The translations under genes were made by a program, and so were the position numbers. Positions 38,397 to 49,326 of a stretch of 64,000 bases of DNA are shown in pieces. How positions within the stretch are numbered: the stretch's first letter is position 1; each line of letters starts with the position of its first letter. The notes under the pieces are model-generated. The model was not told where the DNA came from, made no database searches, and saw only the letters and a program-made list of their open reading frames with translations. This DNA comes from Bdellovibrionota bacterium (GTDB lineage Bacteria; Bdellovibrionota_G; JALEGL01; DATDPG01), in assembly GCA_963668355.1 (NCBI GenBank), contig OY764265.1:1440001-1504000 (forward strand), written 5' to 3'.

Positions 38397-39349
38397 AGAT
38401 TCACCTTAATATGGGCTTTGTCTCGCAGCGCCCGAACAAAACTGTCAAACTCTCGGGCAGTTTCTCTTTCGGTGAGTTCGGCCTCCAGAGCTTTTTTTCG
38501 TGTTTCGGACAGGGCCTTCGTTTTTTCGGAAACTTTTTCGACCAATTGAAGCAAATAGTAGCCTTCTGGGGTTTCGATGACCGGGGAAGTTTCTCCGGGC
38601 TTGAGTTTCTTGAGTTCTTTTCCCAAAGCGGGAAGCATTTCATCTGGATTGACATTCCCAATCAACCCTCCCTTTTCTTTCCCGGGACCTTCGGTCTCCG
38701 TTTTGGCCAATTGTGAGAAGGGTACGCCCGCTTCAATTCTTCGCTTCAACCGAGAAATGTTTTTTTTCGCTTGTTTTGAGGAGGATTTGGAAAGAAAAAT
38801 CATTCGGGTTTTCCATAGCCACGTTTTCTCTGAATCCAATTGTTCTCTCCGAAATGCAGCTTGAATGTCTTCATCCGTCACTTGCACACGGGGACGAATG
38901 GCGTCATTCATGAGTTGTGAAGTTTCAATCTGCCTTTTCAGGTTGCTTCGATACGTCTCCAGCGTTAGGCCTTCTTGCTCTAGGGCCTTTTTTAGCTCGT
39001 CTGTGGAACGAATGCCGTTCTGCTGCATGACGCCCGCAATGGCTCGATCAATCATGGCATCATTCGCTTTGAGTCCGCGGGTTTCGATTTCGGACTCCAC
39101 AAGTTTTTCATTGATGAGTTGGTCCAAAACGTTTTTTTGAATTTCTTTGGGAGAGCCCAAATCTTTCAGACGACTCTGTTTTTTCATCTCCTTTTTCAAG
39201 TTCTTGATGCTTCGGTCCAACTCAGACTGCAAAATAATCGAGTCGTTCACAACAGCCACAATGCGCTCAACGAGCTTGGCCTCTGCCATCGAAGGCAGCG
39301 AGAAAAAAAAGATGAAAAGAAAACTAGTTAATTTTTGCCAGCAAGCCAT
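38393..39349 (-). CDS. surA: SurA-like chaperone/parvulin PPIase
   Basis: ERIVAVVNDSII SurA N-domain plus a parvulin domain; upstream of pdxA. Confidence 0.75.
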   Translation of the reverse strand: MACWQKLTSFLFIFFFSLPSMAEAKLVERIVAVVNDSIILQSELDRSIKNLKKEMKKQSRLKDLGSPKEIQKNVLDQLINEKLVESEIETRGLKANDAMIDRAIAGVMQQNGIRSTDELKKALEQEGLTLETYRSNLKRQIETSQLMNDAIRPRVQVTDEDIQAAFRREQLDSEKTWLWKTRMIFLSKSSSKQAKKNISRLKRRIEAGVPFSQLAKTETEGPGKEKGGLIGNVNPDEMLPALGKELKKLKPGETSPVIETPEGYYLLQLVEKVSEKTKALSETRKKALEAELTERETAREFDSFVRALRDKAHIKVNL

Positions 39350-40259
39350 GGTTCCTCTCAATTTTCGCTTTCGAAAGAATCGACCTTCGCCAGGCGGCAA
39401 ATTTTTCTTCTCGATCCTTCTGGGTCAAAATAGGTGTGATTAAAGGGGTCGCTTCTTCGAGCGTGAGTTTCTCGGGTTTTTTTCGTTCCAATAGCGTCAC
39501 AATGTGAAAACCGTAGTCTGTTGAAATCACATCGCTTGTGTGATTCTTTTTGAGTTTCGGTAAGGCTTTTTGAATGGGCTCGGGAAGAATGTCGACGGAA
39601 ACCCATCCCAAATCTCCTCCTTGTGCTGCCTCGGGAGTGAAGGAGTGATTTTGAGCCAGAACGTCGAAGGGTACGCCTTTCTTAAGTTCCGTCAGAATTC
39701 GCTCTCCATCTTCTTCGGTTTTGACGACGATTTGTTTCAGGTGGACTTGAGCTTCGTGAGAAAACTCATCCTGGTGTTCGTTATAGTAAAGTTCAATGTC
39801 TTTGGCGGATGGGGTGGGAATGTTTTCCGTTACTTTTTCAATCACTTTTTCCATCAAAATATTCAATTTGATTCGTTCTCGAAATCGGGACAGAGAAATT
39901 TTTTCCTGAGCCAGTTGTTTCTCAAAGGACCCCTTGGGATAGTCTTTCTGAATCACGTTCATACGTTCTTCGAGATCTTGAGGGGCAACTTCAATGTTTT
40001 GCTTTTCAGCCTCCTCAAGCATGACCTTCTCTTCAATCAACTCATTTAAGACGCGTTTTTTAAGCTCCATGTTCTGAGGGGAGGCCATTAAAGCAGAGTG
40101 AGGTCCCACGCGATATTCATTGAGCCGATCTTCAAAAGATCGGGCCGAAATGTTTTTCCCGTTGACGCGGGCCACAACATTGGACTTTTGAGAAACGGAG
40201 CAGCCGCTTCCCATCGCGATTCCAAGGCTAAGAACAAGAGCTGTGAGTAGAGACATCAT
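39324..40259 (-). CDS. Parvulin-type peptidyl-prolyl isomerase lipoprotein
   Basis: Lipobox GSGC, VARVNG, GGDLGW, TDYGFHIV. Confidence 0.85.
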   Translation of the reverse strand: MMSLLTALVLSLGIAMGSGCSVSQKSNVVARVNGKNISARSFEDRLNEYRVGPHSALMASPQNMELKKRVLNELIEEKVMLEEAEKQNIEVAPQDLEERMNVIQKDYPKGSFEKQLAQEKISLSRFRERIKLNILMEKVIEKVTENIPTPSAKDIELYYNEHQDEFSHEAQVHLKQIVVKTEEDGERILTELKKGVPFDVLAQNHSFTPEAAQGGDLGWVSVDILPEPIQKALPKLKKNHTSDVISTDYGFHIVTLLERKKPEKLTLEEATPLITPILTQKDREEKFAAWRRSILSKAKIERNHGLLAKIN

Positions 40260-41137
40260 GAGGAGGGCAACGCCTTCTTTCGAATTTGAACTTTTTGGAT
40301 TTGATCGTGATCAATCTCGATCGAAGCCTCGTTCTCCAAACGTTGAAGAAACTGCTGCGCCAGGTCCCTTTGCTTTTTGAATCCCAGGCGGGACTTCACT
40401 TCCTCCTTGAAATAGGCGAATCCGCGCTTGGCATCGATCAGGCGAATGATGTGAAAACCAAATTGTGTTTCCACCACGCCACTTAATCCCCCTTTTTCAG
40501 GAATGGCAAAGGCCGCTTCACTAAACGGACGGACCATCCGCGTTCGATTGAACCAGCCTAAGTCTCCTCCGGTTTGAGCGTTAGCCAAGTCTTGCGAGTA
40601 TTTTTTAGCCAATTCTTTGAAATATTCGGGTGAGTTCTTTTTTTTGAGCTGAGAAAGGATGTCTTCAGCCTTTTTACGAGCTTTTTCGAGAGAGGCTTCG
40701 TCATTTTTCTTTTCGGGCTTGATCAAAATATGGGCTGCGTGGACCTCCTCGATTTGGTGGCGATGGCCCTCGAAATAGGCTTTACACTCTTCATCACTTG
40801 GAGGGGTGGCGTGCTCTTGCATGTAGGCTTGGAGAAACGCTTTGGCCAAGGCCCGTTTGACCGACTCCGACTTCAGGAGGCGCTTGTTTTTTAGGGCTTC
40901 CTGGAAGAGGAGTTCTTCTCGAATCATCTCGTTCAAGAATTGGGTTTTCTTCTCGGCCGACGTAAATTTTCGACCGGGCAAATGTGTGGTGGCATTGATG
41001 GCCTTTTCAAATTGATCCAAGGTGATGGAGGCATCATTCACTTTAGCGACCCAGCTTGAAGAAGAGGAAGATCCCCCACAAGCCGCCAAAAATAAGCAGC
41101 CTAGGCAAAAATAATATTGAATACGAAAACGTCGCAA
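40256..41137 (-). CDS. Parvulin-type (PrsA/PpiC-like) peptidyl-prolyl isomerase lipoprotein
   Basis: Lipobox LAAC, HAAHILI, GGDLGWF, ETQFGFHII. Confidence 0.88.
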   Translation of the reverse strand: MRRFRIQYYFCLGCLFLAACGGSSSSSSWVAKVNDASITLDQFEKAINATTHLPGRKFTSAEKKTQFLNEMIREELLFQEALKNKRLLKSESVKRALAKAFLQAYMQEHATPPSDEECKAYFEGHRHQIEEVHAAHILIKPEKKNDEASLEKARKKAEDILSQLKKKNSPEYFKELAKKYSQDLANAQTGGDLGWFNRTRMVRPFSEAAFAIPEKGGLSGVVETQFGFHIIRLIDAKRGFAYFKEEVKSRLGFKKQRDLAQQFLQRLENEASIEIDHDQIQKVQIRKKALPSS

Positions 41138-41202
41138 TTCATTTTCTCCTTAAAATTAATGCACCGCACCAATTCCATGTTTGGGAATCCGTTATAAACG
41201 AA

Positions 41203-44200
41203 TTAGAGTTGGTTGAGAATCTCCTTCATGGTCCCCGTGGGACTCTGCTCGGGAGCCAGTGAGATGACCAAGCGCTGTGTGGGCGTTAGCTGAAGCCTTC
41301 GGTCCCGTTGAATCATGTCCAGAATTTTATTTAAATGTGGGGCCGCCCGGTCGGTAAATTGAATGAAGGGGTGAGAGCCGGAGAGAGAAAGAACGGATGC
41401 TCCGGCCCGGCGAGCCAAAATCTTTAACTCAATGATATTAAACAAGTTTTTGACTGTTGGCGGAATGGCACCGAATCGGTCTACCAGTTCGGATTTCAGT
41501 TCTTCCTGTTCTTCCTCGTTTTTGGCTGAGGCCAGGCGTTTGTAAAGGAGGAGTCGCTCACCGGTACTGTCCACATAGTCTTCCGGAATGAACGAAGGGA
41601 TGTCGGACCGTACTTCTGGATCAATATCTTCTTCGACCTTTTCGCCCTTAAGACGACGGACCTCTTTTTCCAAGAGCTGCGTGTACAATTCCAATCCAAT
41701 GGCGGCAATGTGACCCGATTGCTTGGATCCGAGAAGATTTCCCGCCCCACGAATCTCCAGGTCGTGCAAGGCAATTTTCAGTCCGGAGCCTAGATCCGTG
41801 AAGCGTTTGAGGACTTTCAAACGTCGATAAGCCTGCTGTCCCACCAAATCCTCCGCCGGAACCAGGAGATATGCGTAAGCTTCTCGGGTGGAGCGACCGA
41901 CGCGTCCTCGAAGTTGATAGAGCTGAGCCAAACCGAATGTGTCAGCTCGATTGACAATGATGGTGTTGGCATTGGGAATGTCCAAACCCGATTCGATGAT
42001 GGTGGTGCAGAGCAGGACGTCATACTCATGCCGCATGAAGCGGAGAATCTGTTTCTCCAACGTCCGTTCATTCATCTGTCCATGGGCGATTTCAATTTTC
42101 ACTTCAGGGAGCAGGCGTTGCAAATATCGCCCGACCGCATTGATGGTTTCCACGCGGTTATGAACAAAAAAGACCTGACCTCCACGGTTAGTTTCTTTTA
42201 GCACTGCACCCCGAATGGTGGGGTCTTCAAATTTACACAAGTATGTCGCGATGGCTTTGCGATCTAAGGGTGGCGTATTGATGACCGATAGATCTCGAAT
42301 GCCCGCGATCGACATTTGAAGGGTTCGAGGAATGGGCGTAGCGGTGAGAGTGAGCACGTCCACGTTCGCTCGAATTTCCTTAATGCGCTCTTTGTGTTTT
42401 ACGCCAAAGCGATGTTCTTCATCGATGACCAAGAGGCCCAATTGGCTAAAGCGAACATCTTGAGAAAGAAGACGATGGGTTCCGATGACAATGTCTAAGG
42501 TTCCCTTGGCCAATTCCTCCAATACCGTTTTTTGCTCGGCTTTGGACTTAAAGCGGCTTAGAAAATCTACCGTTACGGGGTAATCTTTGAGCCGATCTTT
42601 AAACGTCTCATAATGTTGCTGGGCCAGAACCGTGGTGGGCACCAAAAGCGCCACTTGTCGTCCTTCCATGGCGGCACGAAAAGCAGCTCGGAGAGCGACT
42701 TCGGTTTTGCCAAAACCCACATCCCCGCAAATGAGGCGATCGGTGGGTTTGTCGGATTCTAAGTCTTGGTTCACCTCTTGAATGGCTCGCTGTTGATCTG
42801 GCGTTTCATCAAAAGGAAATGAATTTTCAAAGGAAGCGTAGGTGGCATCGGGCGCGCCCAATCCCTTTTGGGAGGACACTTTTCGTTTGGCATAAAGCTC
42901 GATAAGTTCGCGAGCCATTTCTTCTACCGCTTTTTGAGCTTTCTTCTTGGTTTTGGCCCAAGCCGATTTATTACCTAAGCGATCCAGTTTGGGGTGACTG
43001 CGATCGGCACCCAAGTATTTTTGAATGCGGTTTAAGCGATCGACGGGAAGGTAGAGTTTGTCTTGGCCGGCAAATTCAATATGCAAAAAGTCATTGGCGA
43101 TGGGGCCAATCGTCATGCGTTCCAACCCACGATAGACGCCCACGCCAAAGTCAATATGGACAATGGGATCTCCCGGCGTGAGTTCGGAAACTGAACCAAA
43201 AAAGTCTTCGCGTGATACTTCTTTGGTTGCGGAATGTTTTCGTTCACCGAACAGGTCTTCTTCCGTCAGGAAAACCAAATGTTCGCTTTCAAAATCAAAC
43301 CCCCGCTTTAAATCTCCCAGAAGTATGGCCGATACGGCGTCGCCTCGAAGGGCCTTTGCTGGAGGAATCACAGGCAAAGAGGGAAGATGTTCTTGAAGAA
43401 GGTTTTGGATTCGTTTCGCCCCATCGTCACTGCGCGCGACCCAAAGCACGCGTGAACCGTTTTCTTTCCAGGTGCTTAATTTTTCTAAAAGGGGAGCCAG
43501 GGGCTCGGGGGAGCGAGATTGCTTTTGAAGGGATTGGGAAAGGTGTTCATGCAGCTCAGTTTTGGCGTGTTGCTGAAGCTCAGCGTTCTCGGGCGTGTCG
43601 ACCAGTACGTCGGCAAGTTGAAGTGAGGTTCTTGGCCAGGCCCATTCCGAAAACTGTGCAAAGGGAACGGCCAGTTCAGCTGGGTCATAAGCCAAGCGAG
43701 ATTCGGTTTCATGGCTTTGGGCTACTTGGACAAAGAGTTCTTCCAGTTCTTTTTCGCGTTGCTCCCGCGCGAAGGGGTCGATTTGAATGCAGGTGGTGTT
43801 TTTGGGCAGGTAGTCGGTCAGTGGTTGGCCTTCGGGAAAGAAGAGGGGAAAGAGGCTTTCCATGAGCGGTGAGTATCGACCATCGCGCAGAGCTTCATCA
43901 ATTTCAAGGCGCGCGGCCGGGGGAAGGTTTCGGCGATCGCTTAAGTTTTTAAGGCGAGAGCGGTAGGTTTCAAGCTTGGCCGAATCGAAAAGAATTTCGC
44001 GGCAGGGCATCCACAGGGTTTCTTCCAAGGGCTTAAGGGTTCTCTGGGTTTGGGGATCAAAGGTTTTGATGGACTCCACGGTGTCGCCAAAGAATTCCAG
44101 GCGAACGGGCTCTCTCATATGGGGCGAGAATAAATCAATCACGCCACCTCGAATGGCCAAGGTTCCGGGTTCTTCGACGCGGGGTTCACGGTCATAGCCT

Positions 44201-44637
44201 GCGGCAATCAGGTTGCGCGTGAAGGTTTCGATATCCAGGTCGGTTTCGGTTTTGATGACGCCGGTGTGGGTGAGAAAGAATTCAATGGGTAGGGTTTTTT
44301 GTACCGCCGCATGAAGTGAAGTCACCACCACGGTTTTTTCGGGCTGTTGAATGAGGCGTGAAAGCGTGGAGACTCTTTTCCAGGCGATGTGAAGGGCGGG
44401 AAGGCGAGAGGGGTCCAAATCCGTAGGCCGTTCGGAGTAACGGTGAAGGGTTAGGTCGGCGGGGAAGAGTCCGGAAAAGAAGGAGAGCTCGTCAAAAACC
44501 GCCCGAGCCTGGTCTTCGGTAGGGCAGAGAACAAGCGCAGGAGACTCAATCTCCTGGAGCTCTTTAGCCAGAACGTAGGCCAAGGAAGAGCCTCTAAGGC
44601 CCGACCATTGACGAAGATTTCGCGTGTTCCCTTCCAC
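41203..44637 (-). CDS. mfd: Transcription-repair coupling factor
   Basis: RGGVIDLF, CarD-like domain, [40 protein letters not shown] domain. Confidence 0.97.
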   Translation of the reverse strand: MEGNTRNLRQWSGLRGSSLAYVLAKELQEIESPALVLCPTEDQARAVFDELSFFSGLFPADLTLHRYSERPTDLDPSRLPALHIAWKRVSTLSRLIQQPEKTVVVTSLHAAVQKTLPIEFFLTHTGVIKTETDLDIETFTRNLIAAGYDREPRVEEPGTLAIRGGVIDLFSPHMREPVRLEFFGDTVESIKTFDPQTQRTLKPLEETLWMPCREILFDSAKLETYRSRLKNLSDRRNLPPAARLEIDEALRDGRYSPLMESLFPLFFPEGQPLTDYLPKNTTCIQIDPFAREQREKELEELFVQVAQSHETESRLAYDPAELAVPFAQFSEWAWPRTSLQLADVLVDTPENAELQQHAKTELHEHLSQSLQKQSRSPEPLAPLLEKLSTWKENGSRVLWVARSDDGAKRIQNLLQEHLPSLPVIPPAKALRGDAVSAILLGDLKRGFDFESEHLVFLTEEDLFGERKHSATKEVSREDFFGSVSELTPGDPIVHIDFGVGVYRGLERMTIGPIANDFLHIEFAGQDKLYLPVDRLNRIQKYLGADRSHPKLDRLGNKSAWAKTKKKAQKAVEEMARELIELYAKRKVSSQKGLGAPDATYASFENSFPFDETPDQQRAIQEVNQDLESDKPTDRLICGDVGFGKTEVALRAAFRAAMEGRQVALLVPTTVLAQQHYETFKDRLKDYPVTVDFLSRFKSKAEQKTVLEELAKGTLDIVIGTHRLLSQDVRFSQLGLLVIDEEHRFGVKHKERIKEIRANVDVLTLTATPIPRTLQMSIAGIRDLSVINTPPLDRKAIATYLCKFEDPTIRGAVLKETNRGGQVFFVHNRVETINAVGRYLQRLLPEVKIEIAHGQMNERTLEKQILRFMRHEYDVLLCTTIIESGLDIPNANTIIVNRADTFGLAQLYQLRGRVGRSTREAYAYLLVPAEDLVGQQAYRRLKVLKRFTDLGSGLKIALHDLEIRGAGNLLGSKQSGHIAAIGLELYTQLLEKEVRRLKGEKVEEDIDPEVRSDIPSFIPEDYVDSTGERLLLYKRLASAKNEEEQEELKSELVDRFGAIPPTVKNLFNIIELKILARRAGASVLSLSGSHPFIQFTDRAAPHLNKILDMIQRDRRLQLTPTQRLVISLAPEQSPTGTMKEILNQL

Positions 44638-44682
44638 AGCGCGCGCACCATATCGCCTTAGGCTAAATCCTCAAGTCAAACT

Positions 44683-44877
44683 GGGGAAGGGGGACTAGTC
44701 CCGCCGTAGCCTCGGCGAAGGCGGACGCCCCGGCGCCGGATGGTATCTGTGGGCCCCTCCGCCCGGTGTGGATCCTCCCACAGATACCATCTGTCACCGT
44801 GACGTTCAGGAGCTGAGAAGGTTCTGCTTGTCCTGTCGTAGCCTTTGCGAAGCAGGATCCGACCCCTCGCGCCACCC
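44683..44877. repeat. GC-rich multi-hairpin element upstream of mfd (REP composite or structured ncRNA)
   Basis: Two related hairpins, CCGCCGTAGCCTCGGCGAAGGCGG and TCCTGTCGTAGCCTTTGCGAAGCAGGA, flank a perfect 15-bp stem GATGGTATCTGTGGG/CCCACAGATACCATC. Confidence 0.6.
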
Positions 44878-44997
44878 TTTAGGTTTTATGACTCTTCTGA
44901 AGGTGTTTATTAAAGAACACTTCCGAAGGTTTTGCCAGGCACGGAATTTATTAAGTTGTGCGTTGCCAGAGTAAGAATTTTTCTGATGCTCAAAGGT

Positions 44998-45576
44998 TTA
45001 AAAAAAAGGACCTCTTGTGCCTCTGACTTTTGTTTGTTTCCAGGTTGGATCGTCGAAATTTGCCAGATCGCTAACAAGATCATAACAAGTCGTTCCTGGT
45101 TCGATGACGTAGAATTCATCTGTATTACTGAAGGCGTCTAATTCACTAAAATCAAAGACTTCCAAAGTAAAACTTAATTGGAGGATCTGTTTTATGGGTT
45201 TGCTAATGTAGCGGACGTGTAAAGGAATTTTTTCTCCGATTCGTAAAGGCTTGCCTTCGAACCAAATTCCGAGAGGAATATCTGGCCCGACTTTGGGTAG
45301 GTCTTCAGCCGGAATTGCTCCACCATACTTCAACCAATCGACACGGTAGCTTGGCGTGTAACAATTGTTTTGAAAATCTTCTAATGTTTTTCCGAGGGCA
45401 TGCCCATAGGTTAGGCTGTACGTTTCTTTCAGATAGTTTTGGCCTACGAATAAGGGAAGGGTTGTTGAAGGGGAAAAGTTCTTTTGGGTTTCTAAAACTT
45501 CTTCCGCGTTTCCTTTTCCCACGCTGGAAATCATCAAACTTAAAATAACCAATAAACCAATAGACAGGTGCTTCAT
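44998..45576 (-). CDS. Hypothetical secreted protein
   Basis: SD (AAAGGA) and signal peptide MKHLSIGLLVILSLMISSVGKGNA; AT-rich. Confidence 0.65.
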   Translation of the reverse strand: MKHLSIGLLVILSLMISSVGKGNAEEVLETQKNFSPSTTLPLFVGQNYLKETYSLTYGHALGKTLEDFQNNCYTPSYRVDWLKYGGAIPAEDLPKVGPDIPLGIWFEGKPLRIGEKIPLHVRYISKPIKQILQLSFTLEVFDFSELDAFSNTDEFYVIEPGTTCYDLVSDLANFDDPTWKQTKVRGTRGPFF

Positions 45577-45796
45577 AGGATTGTCCTTTTCGACCACGTT
45601 TTTAATGAACATTCTCGGTATCAAAAATAACGCATCGTATCAAATAAAATTTAAAAATTTATCTTAAGGCAATGAGGTCAGGCACCGTCTGGATGGATGG
45701 CTAAAAATCTGTGATTCCGGGGACAGCCGACGCTATCCAATTTTATAAAATGGGTACAGTCGGGCGTCCCCCGATTTACAGGAGACTCGATCTCCT

Positions 45797-45901
45797 TGGT
45801 CTTCGGTAGGGCAGAGTACTAGTGCAGGAGACTCAATCTCCTGGAGCTCTTTAGCCAGAACGTAGGCCAAGGAAGAGCCTCTAAGCCCCGACCATTGACG
45901 A
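45797..45901 (-). pseudogene. 105-bp duplicated fragment of the mfd 5' end
   Basis: Matches 44510-44614 with 4 mismatches and encodes the same peptide [35 protein letters not shown]. Confidence 0.9.
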
Positions 45902-46179
45902 GGTTTAGGTGCCAGGCATATTTCTGCAACATGTCGCATTACAAAAATACGCCTGGCACCTAAACCTCCGATTTCGCTAGGAATCAAGAGCTAGCAAATT
46001 CATTAAAAATCAAGTCGCGGGACACACGCGAGTGTCCCATGTTGAGGTTAAAGGCAAAAATTTAGAATGTGTTGGGGATTTTGTTTTTGGCATTTGGTGG
46101 GGTTGTTTGACATAAATCGCGCGACGCGTTAATCGGGCTGTCTTGGTGTTTTGCTTGTTTCCTACAGGAGTGTTTTTTT

Positions 46180-46656
46180 ATGCCTAAGCTTGGAATGTCT
46201 TTTCTTCTGCTTTTCCTTTCTGGTTTATGTTTTGGCTCGGCCTCGGTTTGGGCTCGGGATCTTACGCCGGGAGAGCTTCAGGATCGGTGTGCTAAGGGTG
46301 GGCTCTATTTGGCGGCGTTCGATCATTTTGAAGATCAATTGGACGAGATTGACGATGGGCTAGCGCATCTTGTCGGCAAGCGGGGCGTGGAAAATGCTCA
46401 ATCTGAGGTCCGAAGACTTCGCCTGTTTAACCGAATTGCCCGACCAGATTTTCTTTACTCATTGGAGGAAGATTGCGCTGCCGAAGATATCGACATGGGA
46501 ACGGAAGCCTATGAATGTTATCGCGACCCACAGTGTGATGTCAGAAGGTTTCAAACCGAAGATTCCCCCATTGGCCGGCAAGCTTTTGTCTATGTGAACC
46601 AACTGGACGAAACCGTGACTTACTTGCAAGCAAGGCTCGCCAAAGTAACTCCATAG
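46180..46656 (+). CDS. Hypothetical secreted protein
   Basis: AGGAG SD, signal peptide ending VWA, own TTGACA promoter at 46107. Confidence 0.7.
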   Translation: MPKLGMSFLLLFLSGLCFGSASVWARDLTPGELQDRCAKGGLYLAAFDHFEDQLDEIDDGLAHLVGKRGVENAQSEVRRLRLFNRIARPDFLYSLEEDCAAEDIDMGTEAYECYRDPQCDVRRFQTEDSPIGRQAFVYVNQLDETVTYLQARLAKVTP

Positions 46657-46926
46657 TCTCAAGTCGCGAAGTCGCGGGACACACACGGGTGTCCCGAATT
46701 AAGAGACTCTTAGATTAATTGGGGACACCCGTGTGTGTCCCCAGATTTCCCCCCCCTTCGACTCAGGTTTAGGTGCCAGGCACCTTTTTTACGGAGATAT
46801 TCACAGGAATGGGGGCGGTTTTTCGGATCAGTGGCTGTTTTCAGGGTTTAAGGGATATGGAAGGAAAAATAGACATTTAGCGTCATAACGAATATTGAAG
46901 GATCGTTTCAAACTTGGAGGTTGTTT

Positions 46927-47265
46927 ATGCGTCGAGTCGCCGTCTTTTTTGCTCTTTTTATTGCGTTGTCTTTTGGTCTTTCTGCGTTTGCGGAAAAGAA
47001 CTACGTTCCCACTTTGGATCTTCCGTCCACGATTGACTCTTCAGATGTTTGCTCGGTTACATTCATTACCCTTCAAAAAAAGAAGGGGTGGACAGTCGCA
47101 TGCGATAGCAGTCCAAATGAAACAAAATTCAGTCCAGATTGGTCATCTTCATTTTCACATGGGATTTTGTTGCTGACTTCAAAGTTTACATCTAAGGGTT
47201 TCGCTCTAGAGTCGTGCTGGCACAGCGCTTGGGAATACGGGTGCTTTTTTCAACGTAAACCCTAA
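46927..47265 (+). CDS. Hypothetical secreted protein (4 Cys)
   Basis: GGAGG SD; signal peptide MRRVAVFFALFIALSFGLSAFA. Confidence 0.7.
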   Translation: MRRVAVFFALFIALSFGLSAFAEKNYVPTLDLPSTIDSSDVCSVTFITLQKKKGWTVACDSSPNETKFSPDWSSSFSHGILLLTSKFTSKGFALESCWHSAWEYGCFFQRKP

Positions 47266-47505
47266 TTCTAAAAAACTGCCTTATAATTCCGGAAAATCGG
47301 GGGACACCCGTGTGTGGCCCCAGATTAAGAAAATAGAATTGAAACAAAACCGATCAATGCCAATAGTTGACTTTGCCATCGTCTATAAAAATTAAATCTG
47401 AAATCGGGGGACACACGACTGAATCGGAATAGGATTCAATCGGATTGCGTCGTGCGTCCCCAGATTCTAAAAAAGAATAAAGAATGGGGAACGCGAGCTA
47501 TATTA

Positions 47506-47757
47506 CTAAATCTTGGTGGCTTTGCCGCTTTTCAGATCTAGGCACTCCGTTTTGCTACGTCGGCCCATCAGATTTGTTAGGTGCTTGCCGGCCGTCTCAC
47601 AGTCTTCTAGAGTCTCGAATCGTTCCATGGTTGCCGACCTTCCAGATCTTCCCTGCTCGGAATAGTGAATCAAAACATAGTCACCACAGGCCAAAGCCGG
47701 TCCAGCCGAAAAAAGAAATAATGATGTCAAAACAACTACACCTATCATTCGAATCAT
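47506..47757 (-). CDS. Small hypothetical secreted protein
   Basis: AAGGAG SD, TTGACA-17-TAGGTT promoter, signal peptide ending ALA. Confidence 0.65.
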   Translation of the reverse strand: MIRMIGVVVLTSLFLFSAGPALACGDYVLIHYSEQGRSGRSATMERFETLEDCETAGKHLTNLMGRRSKTECLDLKSGKATKI

Positions 47758-48237
47758 GTCTTACTCCTTAGGTGGGCAACCTAACAAAAATAACGCGACG
47801 TGTCAACTCGCTAAATCGGGGGGCAGGTCCATACCTGTCACCGGAATTGTCACCCGAATTTTGTTGTTTAGGTGCCAGGCACCTTTTTGGGAAGCGCCGC
47901 GTTGTGGAAGGGCAAGGGGGGAATTCCGGGGACACACGCCGAAACCTAAATGGAATCGGGGGAGGTACGACGTAACCCGAATTGAATGGGGGGAAGCGGA
48001 TTTGAGAGGGGGTGGGGGGAATTTTGCCTTGAGCATGGGGCTCCTGGGTGGGTGTTTGGTTTTGTTTGTTGCTTTTTTTCCTGTGGTTTGGGTTGGGTAA
48101 ATGGAATTTGTAGAATGTGGTCCCTCCCTAAAATGAACAGTTCACTTTGGGGAGTTTTCAACAGATCGTTTTCGTTTATGCAGCTTTCTCAGTTCTGGTC
48201 AGTTTTGGTGACACACAACTTAATTCCGAGGCGTTTC

Positions 48238-49116
48238 CTAGTTAAGTTGTGTGTCATCGGAATTTGCTAGAGGAATGCGAATTTCTGTGCGCAAGTCCTC
48301 TTCCGGCGTCTCCGTCGGATCGTTGAGATAAACTTCAAGACTTGGCATGTCTTTCGGGTTCTCGTTCGAGTTGGGGAGCCACTGACTGAATAGCCATTTA
48401 TAGGTTTCGTGGAGTTTCTTGTAGCTGCCTTGATGAACCACGGAGGCAAACTTTCCGCCTTCGATCTTTTGAACTTGGATAGCATCAATGGGTTGAAAAC
48501 CCTCTTGTACAGTAACGCAAGCATCGTAGCGGATTTTCTCGGGGGCCGTGACATCAGGATCGTCATAGCAAAGACCCATGAATTGGCTGTTGGGGCCAAA
48601 TGTGGAGGCTACCTTCGGATTTCCGCAAAGGGTTTCCCAGGCCTTCGCACACTCGATGTAAGGACCCGTATGTCTGACATACGCGACAAAGATGTCTGTG
48701 TGATTCTCGATTTTTACGTCCATGATTTCTCCTTGGGATATGGTAATTGTGATCGCTCCAGCATCGATTTTCCTCTTGGTTGTGTTGCGGTATTCTCTTG
48801 GGGAGAGTCCAAAGTGTTTTTTGAAGCTTCGCGAAAACGCTTCGAGGGCTTCATATTGGGCGTCCAGCGCAATATCCGTGATTCGCATGTCGCTAGAAAT
48901 GAGTTTGTTTGCAGCTCGTTCAAGGCGGAGGCGATGAATATAGGCCATGAGAGATTCACCCGTGAACGCAGAGAAGAAGCGATGACAATGGAAACGTGAA
49001 AAACCCGAAACCTTTGCGAGGGTGTCCGTTGTGATCTTTTCGTCCAAGTGTTTTTGGATGTAGTTTTGGAGCTCAATCACCCGGCGCATGTACTCGAATT
49101 GTTTCGGTGTGGTCAT
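48238..49116 (-). CDS. AraC-family regulator with GyrI-like effector domain
   Basis: FSRFHCHRFF, RLRLERAA, FSRSFKKHFGLSPREYR; C-terminal HTGPY, YDAC, EVYLNDP. Confidence 0.92.
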   Translation of the reverse strand: MTTPKQFEYMRRVIELQNYIQKHLDEKITTDTLAKVSGFSRFHCHRFFSAFTGESLMAYIHRLRLERAANKLISSDMRITDIALDAQYEALEAFSRSFKKHFGLSPREYRNTTKRKIDAGAITITISQGEIMDVKIENHTDIFVAYVRHTGPYIECAKAWETLCGNPKVASTFGPNSQFMGLCYDDPDVTAPEKIRYDACVTVQEGFQPIDAIQVQKIEGGKFASVVHQGSYKKLHETYKWLFSQWLPNSNENPKDMPSLEVYLNDPTETPEEDLRTEIRIPLANSDDTQLN

Positions 49117-49326
49117 TTCACATCCTTACAAGAGTTTCGGGTACGTTACTTGATCGTTTGTGCTCACTTTTTCGTATTTTCGCGTCCACTATTGGGGACT
49201 TCAATATGTCTTGCCAAAAATCCGAATTCCCGGAACATACTCCGAAACCTAAATAGATAGGAGTTTGGGTTACGTCGTGTGGCCCCAGAAGGATAAAAGG
49301 GTTATGTGCCCTTAAAGCGGATGCGT

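Larger units (their letters stand above)
45719..49290. repeat. Dispersed REP-like palindromes: family A GGGACAC..GTGTCCC and family B GTTTAGGTGCCAGGCA(CC)
   Basis: Family A: 45719-45771, 46019-46038, 46676-46695 and 46722-46741 (exact inverted doublet), 47301-47320, 47407-47461, about 47928 and about 49223-49290. Family B: 45901-45917/45951-45967 (17-bp IR), 46765-46784, 47866-47883. Confidence 0.85.

Noticed and set aside
44683..44877. tRNA-Sec, SRP RNA or tmRNA
   Set aside because: No UCA anticodon loop or TTCGA T-loop cloverleaf, no SRP core motif, and no tmRNA ends.
44510..45901. DGR template/variable repeat pair (about 100 bp; three of four differences are A in the copy's sense strand)
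   Set aside because: No reverse transcriptase in the window, all changes are synonymous, one is G/C, and the target is the N-terminus of a housekeeping gene.
45733..45987. 84-aa ORF containing an mfd-identical peptide
   Set aside because: A chance fusion of REP-like DNA with the mfd fragment; treated as a gene remnant.
45719..49290. CRISPR array or integron attC array
   Set aside because: Repeats are irregularly spaced and in both orientations; there are no cas or intI genes and no consistent RYYYAAC/GTTRRRY ends.
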